Source: a virus | Lineage: Duplodnaviria > Caudoviricetes | Direction: 5' to 3' (one strand) | Virus record (IMG/VR): IMGVR_UViG_3300031992_000012 | Location: 1 to 64,000 of that record | Length of the DNA stretch: 64,000 bases | Notes under the pieces: generated by a model | Told to the model about the DNA's origin: nothing | What the model saw: only the letters and a program-made list of their open reading frames with translations | Databases searched by the model: none | In this document: piece after piece, positions 27,707 to 37,253 of the stretch | How positions within the stretch are numbered: the first letter of the stretch is position 1 | Layout: each line of letters begins with the position of its first letter | Program-made: the position numbers and the translations under genes

Positions 27707-30700
27707 ATGCCTATAGATCCAACCCAGCTTTACTCCCCAGGCGATTTCACGGCTGTCAGGAACAGGATATTCCAGGATTCCCTGGACGCTGTCCGCAACC
27801 GTTTCCCGATTGAGAACGACAGATACATCCTGTCGCTCGAGAACGCCGACTACGAGAACCCGAAGGAGTACACCCTCCGAGACCAGAAGAAGGCCGTGCA
27901 GAACGACCAGACGCTTTCGTGGAGAATAAAGGGAAACTGGGTTCTTACCGACAAGGCTTCCGGAAAAGTTATTTCACGCTCCTCCCGTCGGGCGATTATG
28001 GATGTTCCGTACCTTACACAACGAGGCACGTTCATTCGCTCCGGCACGGAGACGACGCTTCCTACGCAGATGCGACTCGTTCCTGGCGTCTACTCCCGCA
28101 TGGGCGAGGATGGACTGGCTAAGGCGCACATAAACGCAAGGCCCGGCACAGGCAACACCGTCATGATGACGCTCAACCCGGCCAAGCCCGTGTTCAAGGT
28201 GTCGGTGGGAACAAGGAACTACGACCTGTTCCCGCTGCTGAAGCATCTTGGCGCTACCGACGAGGACATAAAGAACGCCTGGGGCAAGGAGCTGTTCAAG
28301 GTCAATGAGGACGCCTTTGTCAACGGCGGCGGGTGGTATCGCGCCAAGACGGCCGCCGAAGTGGACCCGAACGACCCGTGGGAGAAGGCCGCAAAGGACG
28401 TCCTCGGCGGTGAGTTGAACGAGGACAATACTACGGCCACGTTCGGTAAGCCCTACAAGAAAGTGGACAAGGATTTGCTTCTGGCCTCCTCGGCGCGTCT
28501 TATCGGACTGGCCAAGGGACAGCATACCGGCGACAACCGTGACTCCATGGAGAACCAGCGGTTCTTCGGCCCTGCTGATTTCATAAGCGAGCGAATCCGG
28601 CTTGACGCGGGTGGCCTTGCCAAGAATCTCCTGTGGCGTGTAAGCCGCTACGGAGACACCGAGAAGATTCCTTCGGCGCCGCTTAGCAAGTATGTGCACG
28701 GGCTGTTCACCGAATCCAATCTAGCGCAGGCCATCGAGGAGACCAACCTGCTGGACGCCTACAAGCGAGCCACAATGGTGACGCGCATGGGCGAAGGAGG
28801 AATCGGCTCACTTGAGTCCGCCCCAATGAGCGCGCGTCTGGTACACAATAGTTATAAGGGATTCATCGACCCAATAGCTGCTCCAGAATGCTGTCACCCT
28901 GACCATTTGGTTTTTACCAAGAGAGGGTGGAAAAAAATAGCTGAGGTGACAACGGATGACTTTGTCGCTTGTTTGCTTGACGGCAGGTTGGAGTATAGGA
29001 AGCCAGACAGGGTGGTGTCTTATGACTTTGATGGCCTGTTATATGGTTTTGAGAACAAAGCCATTAAATACATGGTTACCGGTAACCACAGAATGTGGTG
29101 TGCCAAGGCGCCCGATAGACGCAAAGACAGTAAAAGAAAGTCCAAGGAATACGAATACGCTTTTTCGTATGCCGAGGACGTTCATAATACTAACTGCGTT
29201 ATGTTGTCTGGTGGATATAAGCCACTAATACATGACACAGTAACAAGTAAGACAATTACGGGAGCTAAGGAGTCTTATGTTTTTGATATAAAGGACTGGT
29301 GTGAGTTCCTTGGCTGGTTTGTTTCTGAAGGGTGTGTTGCAAAAGCAGATAACTCAGGTTTAAGCATAGCGCAGGTCATAAAGGTCAATCCCGATAATTG
29401 TGCTCGTATAACGAAACTCCTTAATAGAATGGGACTCCGTTTCAAGTACACTTCCGGGAAAATGTTTAATATCAGGTCGAAGGCTCTTCACGACGAACTG
29501 CTTCCTTTGGGCTACTGCTACGAAAAGTATATCCCGGACGATGTTTTTTCGTCACCCGAGGACGCGCAGAAACTTTTTATAGAGGCGGCGCTTTTAGGGG
29601 ACGGAAGAAAAGAGAAAAACGGTATGGGTGGTTTATGCACAACTAGCCCGAGACTTGCTCATGACTTTGAACGACTGTTGTTTGAGAACGGTATTCCCTG
29701 CAGGGTTTCGTTTGAGCCGGATAACAGGGAAGAAAGGTATAGAGGAATCTTTGTAACTAGACCTATAGTAGGAAAAGAGTTATGGCTTATCCGCAACGGT
29801 AGACTACGCTCTCACAGTGATAAGAGGAGTACGAGTTTCACGACAATTCCGTATAGGGGAAAGGTCTACTGCCTTACTGTTCCTGGAGGATTGTTTTTTA
29901 CAAAGATTGACGGTTTTAGAGGTTTCTGGACGGGCAACTCCCTCCGGGTAGGTCTTGATACCCAGATAGCCCATTCCGCACGCCGTGGACCGGACGGGCT
30001 GGCTTACTCCCCCGTTATCGACGTGACCACTGGTCAGCGCGTATACCTGTCCACCCTTGAGTCCAGCAAGATTCCGATCTCGTTCCCCGAGTACCGCGAC
30101 TCAAAGGACAAGCTTATCCCTGCCATGATAGGCAACGACATCGAGTACCTGCCCAAGAACCAGGTCCGTTATTTCATACCCAACGGCGACACGCTGTTCT
30201 CCACCGCCGCCGACTTCGTCCCGATCAAGTCCGGTATCAAGGCAGGCCGTCTGCTGATGGCGCAGAAGCACCAGACGCAGGCCATGTCCATCAAGGACAG
30301 GATGGCCCCCTATGTCCAGTCGCTGGACCCTGAAGGCTCCGGTAAGTCGGTTGAGGAAGTCTACGCCAACATCCTCGGCGCAGTGCGCTCCGACGCGGAA
30401 GGCAAGGTCGTCAAGGTCACAAAGGACGAAATAGTAGTGGCCGGAACCGATGGAAAGAAGCACTCGTACTCCCTGTACGACAACTACCCGCTCAACAGGA
30501 AGTCGGTTGTCAACAACACCGCTGCGGTCAAGCCCGGCGACATTGTCCGGCCAGGGCAGTTGCTCGCCTCGTCCTCGTACACGGACAAGAACGGCGTGGC
30601 GGCCCTTGGAACACAGCTTCGTTCGGCGTGGCTGTCATACAAGGGCTGGAACTACCTCGACGCTATTGTCGTGTCGGAATCGGCGGCCAAGAAGCTTACC

Positions 30701-33334
30701 TCAGAGCACTTCTACCATGAGGGCATAGACAGGGACGACGGCGTCGACTTCGGGCGTGACCGTTACATAGCGGCATTCCCGTCGCGCTTCAACCGTGAGC
30801 AGCTCTCCACGATAGACGCGAACGGAGCTGTCAAGCCCGGTACGATAGTCCATCACGGCGACCCGCTTGTCCTGGCCATGTCGCTCCGCCCAGGCGGACC
30901 AGGAACAGGATACCGCGCCCTTCACAAGGACATATCCTCCACATGGGAGCACGAGTTCCCGGGCGAGGTAACGGATGTCGTCGAGGGAAAGGACGGCATG
31001 CGCGTCTACGTCAAGAGCTGGGTACCGCTTCAGGTCGGCGACAAGCTGGCGACTCGTTTCGCCAACAAGGGTACGTGCGCGGCCGTCATACCCGACGAGA
31101 AGATGCCGCGAGACGCCGAGGGGCGCCCGCTAGAAATCCTGTTCTCGCCGACCGGTATCGTCAGCCGCTGCTTCGACGAACAGCACCAGTTGCTGACCCG
31201 TCAGGGATGGACCCCCATAGCGATGGTCAAGGGCACCGACGAGATATTCGCATACAACCCGCGTACCGGCAAAGGGGAGTTCCAGCGCCAGATACAGCCA
31301 ATCCATTCTTCCCGCTACTCCGGCAAGATATACATGTGCTCCAACAAGGATGTCGACTTCGCGGTCACGGAGGGCCACCGCATGTGGGCGCTGACCGATT
31401 TGGCGGAGGGTTTCAGGGAGGTCGTCGTCGACGACATCGCCAACACCCATGTCATAATCCCGGCATCCGGCAATGATTTGAAGCCGCTGCCGGTCGCCAT
31501 CCAGCCAAACGACTGGCGCGTCCTGCAGGCCGAGAACGTAAGCGTGCACTGCCCGACCGTACCTAGCGGCTACGTCTTCACAAGGCGCAACGGCGTAATC
31601 ACCTGCCTCGGCAACACCAACAGCGCGGCCCTTATCGAAGCCGCCCTCGGGAAGGTCGCCGAGAAGACCGGCAAGCGGTATGTGATGCCCGGTTTCGGCA
31701 CCGACCTAACGGCGTTCGCCCACAAGGAGCTCGCCGACGCGGGACTAACCGACCGCGAGGACGTCACCGACCCCGACACCGGCAAGAAAATCAAGGGAAT
31801 CTTCACCGGCAACTCCTACGTCACAAAGTTCCACCACACCTCCGAATCCAAGGGCGGCGCGCGCGCCACCGGTTCGTACACCGTCGACGAGCAGCCCGCG
31901 TCCGGCGGACATGACGGCGCCAAGACGCTCGGCGGACTCGTCCTCGGCGCCTTCGCCGGCCATGGCGCCTCCGAGGTCCTCAAGGACATGAAGCTCATAA
32001 AAGGGCAGAAGAACACGGATTTCTGGCGCGACTTCAAGATGGGGAAGAACCCCGTCACGCCCGGCGTCCCGCTCATCTACGAGCGGTTCCTGGCCTCCCT
32101 TGAGGGCTCCGGCATCCACATAACGAAGGACGGCGACAAGACGAACGTCTTCGCCATGACGAACGGCGACGTCGACAAGATAGCCCGCGCCGAACTAAAC
32201 AGCGCGGCCACGTACGACGACAAGCGCTTCCTGCCAATCCGGGGCGGTCTGTTCGACCCCGCCATCTTCGGCCCCGAGGGCAACCAGTGGGCCAAGATCA
32301 AGCTCGACGAACCCGTCCTCAACCCCATAATGGACGATGTCGTCTGCAACTTCCTGAATCTCAAGAAGGCCGAGCTGGACGACGTCCTCGCCGGCAGCAG
32401 GAAGCTTCCCAACGGAATGACCGGCGGCGAAGGCCTACGCCAGCAGCTCGCCCATGTCAACCTCGACTCCCTTATCGAGAACGCCAAGAACACAATCCGC
32501 ACCGGCCCCCCTTCCAGACGCGACAAGGCTGTGAAAACCCTCCGCTGGGCGTCCGCCATGAAGAACCACGACGCCACGCCCGACATGTTCATGCTGGACG
32601 CCGTCCCCGTCCTCCCGCCGAAATACAGGCGCATAACTCGGTCGGGCGACCTCAACATGATTGCCGACGCAAACTACCTCTACAAGCAGCTACTTGACTC
32701 CAGGGACGACCTGAGGCAGGCGAAGAACGCCGGACTGCCGGACGAGCTGCTCGCATACGGACGCAAGCGGATAACGGACTCCTTCCGCGCCATAACCGGA
32801 CTGGCCGACCCGACCGACAGGAAGCTGGTGGACAGCGACGTCACCGGTCTGCTGAAATGGGTGTTCGGGAAAGGTTCGCCAAAAATGGGCGCGGCCCAGC
32901 GGCTGGTCATAGGCGGCAAGCTTGACGTGGCCGGCCGAAGCGTCATCAACATCGACCCCAGGCTCGACTTCGACGAGATAGGGATGCCCGAGAAGCAGGC
33001 GTGGCCGCTGTACAGGGACTTTGTCATACGGAAGCTGGTGCAGGCGGGGATGAACCCGCTGCAGGCGACAAGGGCGACAGTGGAGCACACGCCGTTGGCG
33101 AAACAGGCGTTGATAAAGGCCATGAGCGAACGGCCGGTCATAGCGACACGGGCGCCCGCGCTGCACAAGTTCAGCGTCCAGGCGTTCAAGCCGAAGCTGG
33201 TTAGCGGGGATACACTGAAGCTGAACAGTGTAGTGGAGCATGCGTTTAACGCAGACTTTGACGGGGACCTTCAAATAAACAGCGTATTTGTAAGGTTTTA
33301 TGATAAATCGTCTGAGGGTCAAAAAATAAAATAG
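27707..33334 (+). CDS. Phage RNA polymerase: beta fused to the N-terminal part of beta', ending just after NADFDGD; two cis inteins
   Basis: RpoB motifs VPYLTQRGTFI..PGVY, GWNYLDAIVVSE, GDKLATRFANKG and KFHH..ARATGSY, followed in frame by RpoC motifs GLFDPAIFGP, VPVLPPKYR, AGRSVI, RAPALH and NADFDGD. Confidence 0.95.
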   Translation: MPIDPTQLYSPGDFTAVRNRIFQDSLDAVRNRFPIENDRYILSLENADYENPKEYTLRDQKKAVQNDQTLSWRIKGNWVLTDKASGKVISRSSRRAIMDVPYLTQRGTFIRSGTETTLPTQMRLVPGVYSRMGEDGLAKAHINARPGTGNTVMMTLNPAKPVFKVSVGTRNYDLFPLLKHLGATDEDIKNAWGKELFKVNEDAFVNGGGWYRAKTAAEVDPNDPWEKAAKDVLGGELNEDNTTATFGKPYKKVDKDLLLASSARLIGLAKGQHTGDNRDSMENQRFFGPADFISERIRLDAGGLAKNLLWRVSRYGDTEKIPSAPLSKYVHGLFTESNLAQAIEETNLLDAYKRATMVTRMGEGGIGSLESAPMSARLVHNSYKGFIDPIAAPECCHPDHLVFTKRGWKKIAEVTTDDFVACLLDGRLEYRKPDRVVSYDFDGLLYGFENKAIKYMVTGNHRMWCAKAPDRRKDSKRKSKEYEYAFSYAEDVHNTNCVMLSGGYKPLIHDTVTSKTITGAKESYVFDIKDWCEFLGWFVSEGCVAKADNSGLSIAQVIKVNPDNCARITKLLNRMGLRFKYTSGKMFNIRSKALHDELLPLGYCYEKYIPDDVFSSPEDAQKLFIEAALLGDGRKEKNGMGGLCTTSPRLAHDFERLLFENGIPCRVSFEPDNREERYRGIFVTRPIVGKELWLIRNGRLRSHSDKRSTSFTTIPYRGKVYCLTVPGGLFFTKIDGFRGFWTGNSLRVGLDTQIAHSARRGPDGLAYSPVIDVTTGQRVYLSTLESSKIPISFPEYRDSKDKLIPAMIGNDIEYLPKNQVRYFIPNGDTLFSTAADFVPIKSGIKAGRLLMAQKHQTQAMSIKDRMAPYVQSLDPEGSGKSVEEVYANILGAVRSDAEGKVVKVTKDEIVVAGTDGKKHSYSLYDNYPLNRKSVVNNTAAVKPGDIVRPGQLLASSSYTDKNGVAALGTQLRSAWLSYKGWNYLDAIVVSESAAKKLTSEHFYHEGIDRDDGVDFGRDRYIAAFPSRFNREQLSTIDANGAVKPGTIVHHGDPLVLAMSLRPGGPGTGYRALHKDISSTWEHEFPGEVTDVVEGKDGMRVYVKSWVPLQVGDKLATRFANKGTCAAVIPDEKMPRDAEGRPLEILFSPTGIVSRCFDEQHQLLTRQGWTPIAMVKGTDEIFAYNPRTGKGEFQRQIQPIHSSRYSGKIYMCSNKDVDFAVTEGHRMWALTDLAEGFREVVVDDIANTHVIIPASGNDLKPLPVAIQPNDWRVLQAENVSVHCPTVPSGYVFTRRNGVITCLGNTNSAALIEAALGKVAEKTGKRYVMPGFGTDLTAFAHKELADAGLTDREDVTDPDTGKKIKGIFTGNSYVTKFHHTSESKGGARATGSYTVDEQPASGGHDGAKTLGGLVLGAFAGHGASEVLKDMKLIKGQKNTDFWRDFKMGKNPVTPGVPLIYERFLASLEGSGIHITKDGDKTNVFAMTNGDVDKIARAELNSAATYDDKRFLPIRGGLFDPAIFGPEGNQWAKIKLDEPVLNPIMDDVVCNFLNLKKAELDDVLAGSRKLPNGMTGGEGLRQQLAHVNLDSLIENAKNTIRTGPPSRRDKAVKTLRWASAMKNHDATPDMFMLDAVPVLPPKYRRITRSGDLNMIADANYLYKQLLDSRDDLRQAKNAGLPDELLAYGRKRITDSFRAITGLADPTDRKLVDSDVTGLLKWVFGKGSPKMGAAQRLVIGGKLDVAGRSVINIDPRLDFDEIGMPEKQAWPLYRDFVIRKLVQAGMNPLQATRATVEHTPLAKQALIKAMSERPVIATRAPALHKFSVQAFKPKLVSGDTLKLNSVVEHAFNADFDGDLQINSVFVRFYDKSSEGQKIK
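28889..29938 (+). mobile_element. Intein 1 in RNAP beta (350 aa, LAGLIDADG homing endonuclease)
   Basis: PIAAPE|CCHPDHLV...VTGNH...FLGWFVSEG...VYCLTVP...WTGN|SLRVGL; exteins rejoin as the RpoB PIETPEGPNIGL equivalent. AT-rich. Confidence 0.9.
31169..31615 (+). mobile_element. Mini-intein 2 in RNAP beta (149 aa)
   Basis: PTGIVSR|CFDEQH...VTEGH...VHCPTVP...CLGN|TNSAALIE; exteins match RpoB PLGVPSRMNIGQILE. Confidence 0.9.
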
Positions 33335-33354
33335 GAAAAATATCAAACTCTGCC

Positions 33355-33382
33355 TTGACATTGTTCTTTTCCGCATTATAGT
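33355..33382 (+). promoter_or_regulatory. sigma70-like promoter in the gap of the split RNAP gene
   Basis: TTGACA-16 nt-TATAGT upstream of RBS AAAAGGAAAAG and ATG33439. Confidence 0.65.
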
Positions 33383-33438
33383 AATAGCATGTTCAATCGA
33401 GGAACGTGCTATTAACCCTAATGAAAAGGAAAAGAACA

Positions 33439-35526
33439 ATGAACAGAGTAAAGTTTTTCTCTAACGGCCAGACTTTGATTATGAACCTTGCGGATATTCC
33501 GCATGGTGCCCTTATCGGCTCCAAGGACTTTGACGATGGAAGGCACATTGACTTTTATGAGGCCCTTCCAGGAACACAGGTCATTGCATACGACGAAGCG
33601 ACGGGTAAGCCAAAGTGGGTTGATATCTCCGGTTGGTCGAGGCACACCGGTTCAAAATTGGAGCTGGTGCAGTTGTCCAACGGCGACACGATAACGACGG
33701 ACGACGACCCCCGCGCCGTTTATGGGATGCCTATTGACGCGGTTGGTTTGCAGATGGACAGGGACACGCCCGCTAACGCCAAAAAACGTGCGTTTATAGT
33801 CCCGCTGGTAGGGCAGCTTCCTGAGACTACTCCGGTGTTTTCTTCCGTTGACCTTTTGAACGGCGGTGTTCCTTCAAACGACACGCCAATCCCAAGCAAG
33901 GGAATAATAGCCGCCGACTACAATTTCGGACAGTTCCTTGGTCTTATCGCCGGAGACGGGTGGTGGCATAAGAGTATATACAGTTCTGGTTATAAAAACG
34001 CTGTTCTTTTAGCAGACCTTTACGGCTCAAATGCCGGCTTTATTATAAATTGGGCTAAGGAACTATTCCCTAGTTTTAAATACTACAAGAGCGAGCAGAG
34101 AAAGGAATTATACTCTGATCGGTTTGGTGACTGTATTTCGTGGTCCTTCTACTTCTACGATTCCATGATAATGTGCGACGCCCTGTCCAACATGCTTGAC
34201 GGGCATAGTGACAACAAAACGGCAGGAGCAGGGAACAAGCGTCTTCCTTACTGGTTCCTGTCCATGCCGAAGGAGTTCCGTCTAGGTCTTCTTAATGGTC
34301 TAATGGCTTCCGATGGAACAATAAATTTCAATTCCTCCGGCGACAGAAGCCACCCAGAACTGCAGCTTCAGTTCACATCGACATCCCGGGCGCTTATTGA
34401 CGACGTAAAGGCTTTGTGCACTTCCCTGGACATACGCGCCACAATATTATTCTCGAGGAAAACAGTCCGCGACAATACATCCTGGGTGGTTGTTCTGAGC
34501 TCCCAGGACTGCAAACGAATGGACGTCTTTTCCCGTTGCTGCTGCGACTATAAGCGTGATACGTTCCTGAACGCGGATGTCTCGATGGACGCGCAGTACA
34601 ATCACGGTGACTTTCTGCCGCTTCCGAAGCAGGTGTCCGATACAATGTTCAAATACGTGAAGTGCCGGGCGAAGATTGCCAAGGCGGTTATCGAGGATTG
34701 CCCTCTTCCTGCCTACTGCAAGAGGGGGAACTCCGTCTATCAGTCGTTGTACCAGTATAGGTCCAAGGGGTACATAACGAGGGAATTCGCAGGCCGGCTA
34801 TGCGACTGGCTGGACGATACGACAAGGATGAACCTATGGTTCAATGACTATATCAAGGATTTTACAACGCGTTTGAAAAACGGTGAGCGTGTTTTCAAGG
34901 CGGAGGAGGGGAACACGCTGGTGGAAGCCATAGCCTTCAATGCGGGTTATTTTGACAAACCATCTGTTCTTGAGGCACGGGCCAAGTCAAGCATGCTTCG
35001 TCAGAAGACAAGCAGGTTTCCTGTAAACTTGCCTGAAGCTCTTGAGAAGGTGACGCTGTCTGATGATGCTATCCTGTTCAATCCTGTCGAGAAGGACCCA
35101 GTGCTAAGGGCCTGGTTGGAACTGTCGGCGTGTCCGATAAAATGGGCTTACATAGAGGATGTCCAGAAAACAGGGCAGGAGGAGGAAGGATATGACCTTA
35201 CTGTTCCCGGATATGAGACCTTTGCGTCCGCCAGCGGAATAATCCTTTCCAACACAATGACATACTACGTGCCTGTCTCCAAGAAGGCCGTGCAGGAGGC
35301 ATACGACCTCATGCTTCCTTCCAAGAACCAGTTGGCGGCCCGTGACTTCAAGGCCCTTCCCGAGCTTCAGGAGGAGCTGGTCTCCGGGGCGTGGCTGGCG
35401 TCTCATAAGAAGAACGCGCCTGTAAAGGCCGTGTTCAACACCCGCGCCGAAGCCATAGCGGCCTACCGCGCAGGAGAAATAGACATAGACGACAATGTGG
35501 TAATAAAGGAAGACCAGCACCGCTGA
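33439..35526 (+). CDS. Intein C-fragment (Hint + LAGLIDADG, ~605 aa) fused to a 90-aa beta' segment that continues from NADFDGD
   Basis: FLGLIAGDG, LLNGLMASDG, EGYDLTVPGYETF...ILSN|TMTYYVPVSKKAVQEAYDLMLPSKN; the part after the bar matches RpoC [25 protein letters not shown]. Confidence 0.9.
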   Translation: MNRVKFFSNGQTLIMNLADIPHGALIGSKDFDDGRHIDFYEALPGTQVIAYDEATGKPKWVDISGWSRHTGSKLELVQLSNGDTITTDDDPRAVYGMPIDAVGLQMDRDTPANAKKRAFIVPLVGQLPETTPVFSSVDLLNGGVPSNDTPIPSKGIIAADYNFGQFLGLIAGDGWWHKSIYSSGYKNAVLLADLYGSNAGFIINWAKELFPSFKYYKSEQRKELYSDRFGDCISWSFYFYDSMIMCDALSNMLDGHSDNKTAGAGNKRLPYWFLSMPKEFRLGLLNGLMASDGTINFNSSGDRSHPELQLQFTSTSRALIDDVKALCTSLDIRATILFSRKTVRDNTSWVVVLSSQDCKRMDVFSRCCCDYKRDTFLNADVSMDAQYNHGDFLPLPKQVSDTMFKYVKCRAKIAKAVIEDCPLPAYCKRGNSVYQSLYQYRSKGYITREFAGRLCDWLDDTTRMNLWFNDYIKDFTTRLKNGERVFKAEEGNTLVEAIAFNAGYFDKPSVLEARAKSSMLRQKTSRFPVNLPEALEKVTLSDDAILFNPVEKDPVLRAWLELSACPIKWAYIEDVQKTGQEEEGYDLTVPGYETFASASGIILSNTMTYYVPVSKKAVQEAYDLMLPSKNQLAARDFKALPELQEELVSGAWLASHKKNAPVKAVFNTRAEAIAAYRAGEIDIDDNVVIKEDQHR

Positions 35527-35532
35527 AACAAC

Positions 35533-35566
35533 ACCCTTCCCGCGTAATAATTCATTAAGGAAGGGT
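35533..35566 (+). promoter_or_regulatory. YGYGTAATAAT motif copy 3, in the 18-nt loop of an 8-bp inverted repeat
   Basis: ACCCTTCC-CGCGTAATAATTCATTAA-GGAAGGGT. Confidence 0.65.
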
Positions 35567-35635
35567 TACCTAGCCCGCTCCCGCCCGGCTTTTACGCCGG
35601 GCTTTTCATTTCGTTACATCACAGGAGGCAAAAAC

Positions 35636-35812
35636 ATGTTTTTCATCATCGACCTTTTCCTGGCGGTAATCGCCGCCCTGTCCGAACCCGCCCCGCAGCC
35701 GGCGCCGCCAATCCAGGAGGAGCATATATGGGTTGAGAGGCGCATGGAGATGCGGCATCACGACCATCTGATACGAACGCCGACGATAAGCGGCGACGCA
35801 GTTAAACGCTGA
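35636..35812 (+). CDS. 58-aa protein with a hydrophobic N-terminus (not in the ORF track)
   Basis: AGGAGG RBS; MFFIIDLFLAVIAALSEPAPQPAPP...; followed by a terminator at 35818-35852. Confidence 0.6.
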   Translation: MFFIIDLFLAVIAALSEPAPQPAPPIQEEHIWVERRMEMRHHDHLIRTPTISGDAVKR

Positions 35813-35879
35813 AGAAGCGCCCGGGTCTTCATCCGAAAGACCCGGGCTTTTTGTTGTCGATTTTTAACAAGGAGAAACG

Positions 35880-36632
35880 ATGGGTCATTTCATGGAAACC
35901 GACGGGCTCACGAAGCTGCCCGTCTACCCCGGCGACGACGTGCATATGTTCATTGGCTACTACGACAAAGGGGACGACGGAAAGAAAGCGCTGAACCCGC
36001 TGCTTGTTATGGAGACCTGGGAGCCCCGTGACTGGGCGGCCAGCATAGAGGTTCTCAGGGGCGAGTACGATTCCTACGGCTGGCTTGAGGGTGTCGAACG
36101 GATAGCCAAAGAAAGCGGAACGTCATTCGAGACGGTGTTCTTCCGTCATTCGACCGTGCTCTGGGCGCGCAGGCTTTACGCCAACCGCAAGGACGACATG
36201 TCGGACTACTGGAGGAAGAAGGAGCTCGAGGACAGGACGGAGCTTCGCGCCACCATGTCCGAATGGGACAAGGAGCTTGGCGACCTCTATTGGAACCACG
36301 GGCGCAACGCCGCCAACTACGCAATCGACATGTACTGCCGCAAGGACCCCGGCAAGTTCGGCGCCGACCATATGGAGTTCTTCTCCATGTTCATGAACGG
36401 GCTGTCGTCGAAGGACGTGTACTGGTCGGTGCTGAACCATCTTGCCGGTCATGTATACCGGAAGATAATAGTGCCGGTATTCTACGCCGCCAAGGCGTGC
36501 AGGACGTCCATCTGGCCCAACCCCTACGGCGACCAGGATGGATTCGACATCACCGAAAACAGGAAGCTGGCAAAGTTCACGCTCGGTCAGGCGGAAGCAA
36601 TAATAAAGGAGCGCAGGAAGCGCTTGAAGTAA
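35880..36632 (+). CDS. Hypothetical protein
   Basis: AAGGAG RBS; 250 aa. Confidence 0.7.
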   Translation: MGHFMETDGLTKLPVYPGDDVHMFIGYYDKGDDGKKALNPLLVMETWEPRDWAASIEVLRGEYDSYGWLEGVERIAKESGTSFETVFFRHSTVLWARRLYANRKDDMSDYWRKKELEDRTELRATMSEWDKELGDLYWNHGRNAANYAIDMYCRKDPGKFGADHMEFFSMFMNGLSSKDVYWSVLNHLAGHVYRKIIVPVFYAAKACRTSIWPNPYGDQDGFDITENRKLAKFTLGQAEAIIKERRKRLK

Positions 36633-36654
36633 CAACAACCAATGGAGAAAACAG

Positions 36655-37236
36655 ATGAAAAAGACAGAAACCAAGAAAGAAACAGTAAAGAAGCCGAAGG
36701 CCGCAAGCCTCACCCTCTCACTGGTTCCCAACAAGATGATGCGGGCAACGCTGTCATGCAAGACGGTGCAGGAGCGCATTGCCCGCGTGATGCTGGACAA
36801 GGCGAACGAGACAACAGCCGGCCTACCAGGAGCCCTTGTCAATTCCGAGCTTTTCGAGGCGGCCGTCGCTTGGTGGGAAGGCGGAAAGGAAAGCGGGGCG
36901 TACCCGCTGTTCCAGGCCCTTTCCGACAGTGTCCCTGGTCTGGTGGCCATGCCAGTCGATACAGCCGACGGCGAAGACACCGCCGTCATCGTGGCCCTTC
37001 CTGACGACTTTTTCCCGGTCGACATGTGGCTGGCAATGTTCCTTATGAAGGAGCAGGGCATACACAAGGGCTATTCGCTTTATCGTAGCAGACAGGCGGT
37101 CAAGGTAGGGCAAGGGCGCTTCGGTGTCCTTAACCGGAACTACCATGTCGTAAGATTTACGGACAAGAAGATGGACGACGCGTGGACCAAGGTCAACCCT
37201 GTCTTCACTATTTCTCCGGAAGCGCTGAAACACTGA
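36655..37236 (+). CDS. Hypothetical protein
   Basis: GGAG RBS; codon usage typical of this genome. Confidence 0.65.
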   Translation: MKKTETKKETVKKPKAASLTLSLVPNKMMRATLSCKTVQERIARVMLDKANETTAGLPGALVNSELFEAAVAWWEGGKESGAYPLFQALSDSVPGLVAMPVDTADGEDTAVIVALPDDFFPVDMWLAMFLMKEQGIHKGYSLYRSRQAVKVGQGRFGVLNRNYHVVRFTDKKMDDAWTKVNPVFTISPEALKH

Positions 37237-37242
37237 TTGTTT

Positions 37243-37253
37243 TGCGTAATAAT
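37243..37253 (+). promoter_or_regulatory. YGYGTAATAAT motif copy 4, upstream of the ncRNA/tRNA unit
   Basis: TGCGTAATAAT followed by a hairpin at 37261-37307. Confidence 0.6.

Noticed and set aside
33320-33441. Stop-codon read-through or a single frameshift joining the two RNAP ORFs
   Set aside because: Read-through of TAG33332 hits TGA eight codons later. The downstream frame has TAG-TAA-TAG at 33379-33387, so joining would need two shifts. The downstream ORF has its own promoter and RBS.
27707-35526. Cellular rpoBC locus (Helicobacter/Wolbachia-type fusion)
   Set aside because: The sequence is highly divergent, lacks several domains, has no ribosomal-protein neighbours and sits among phage-like genes.
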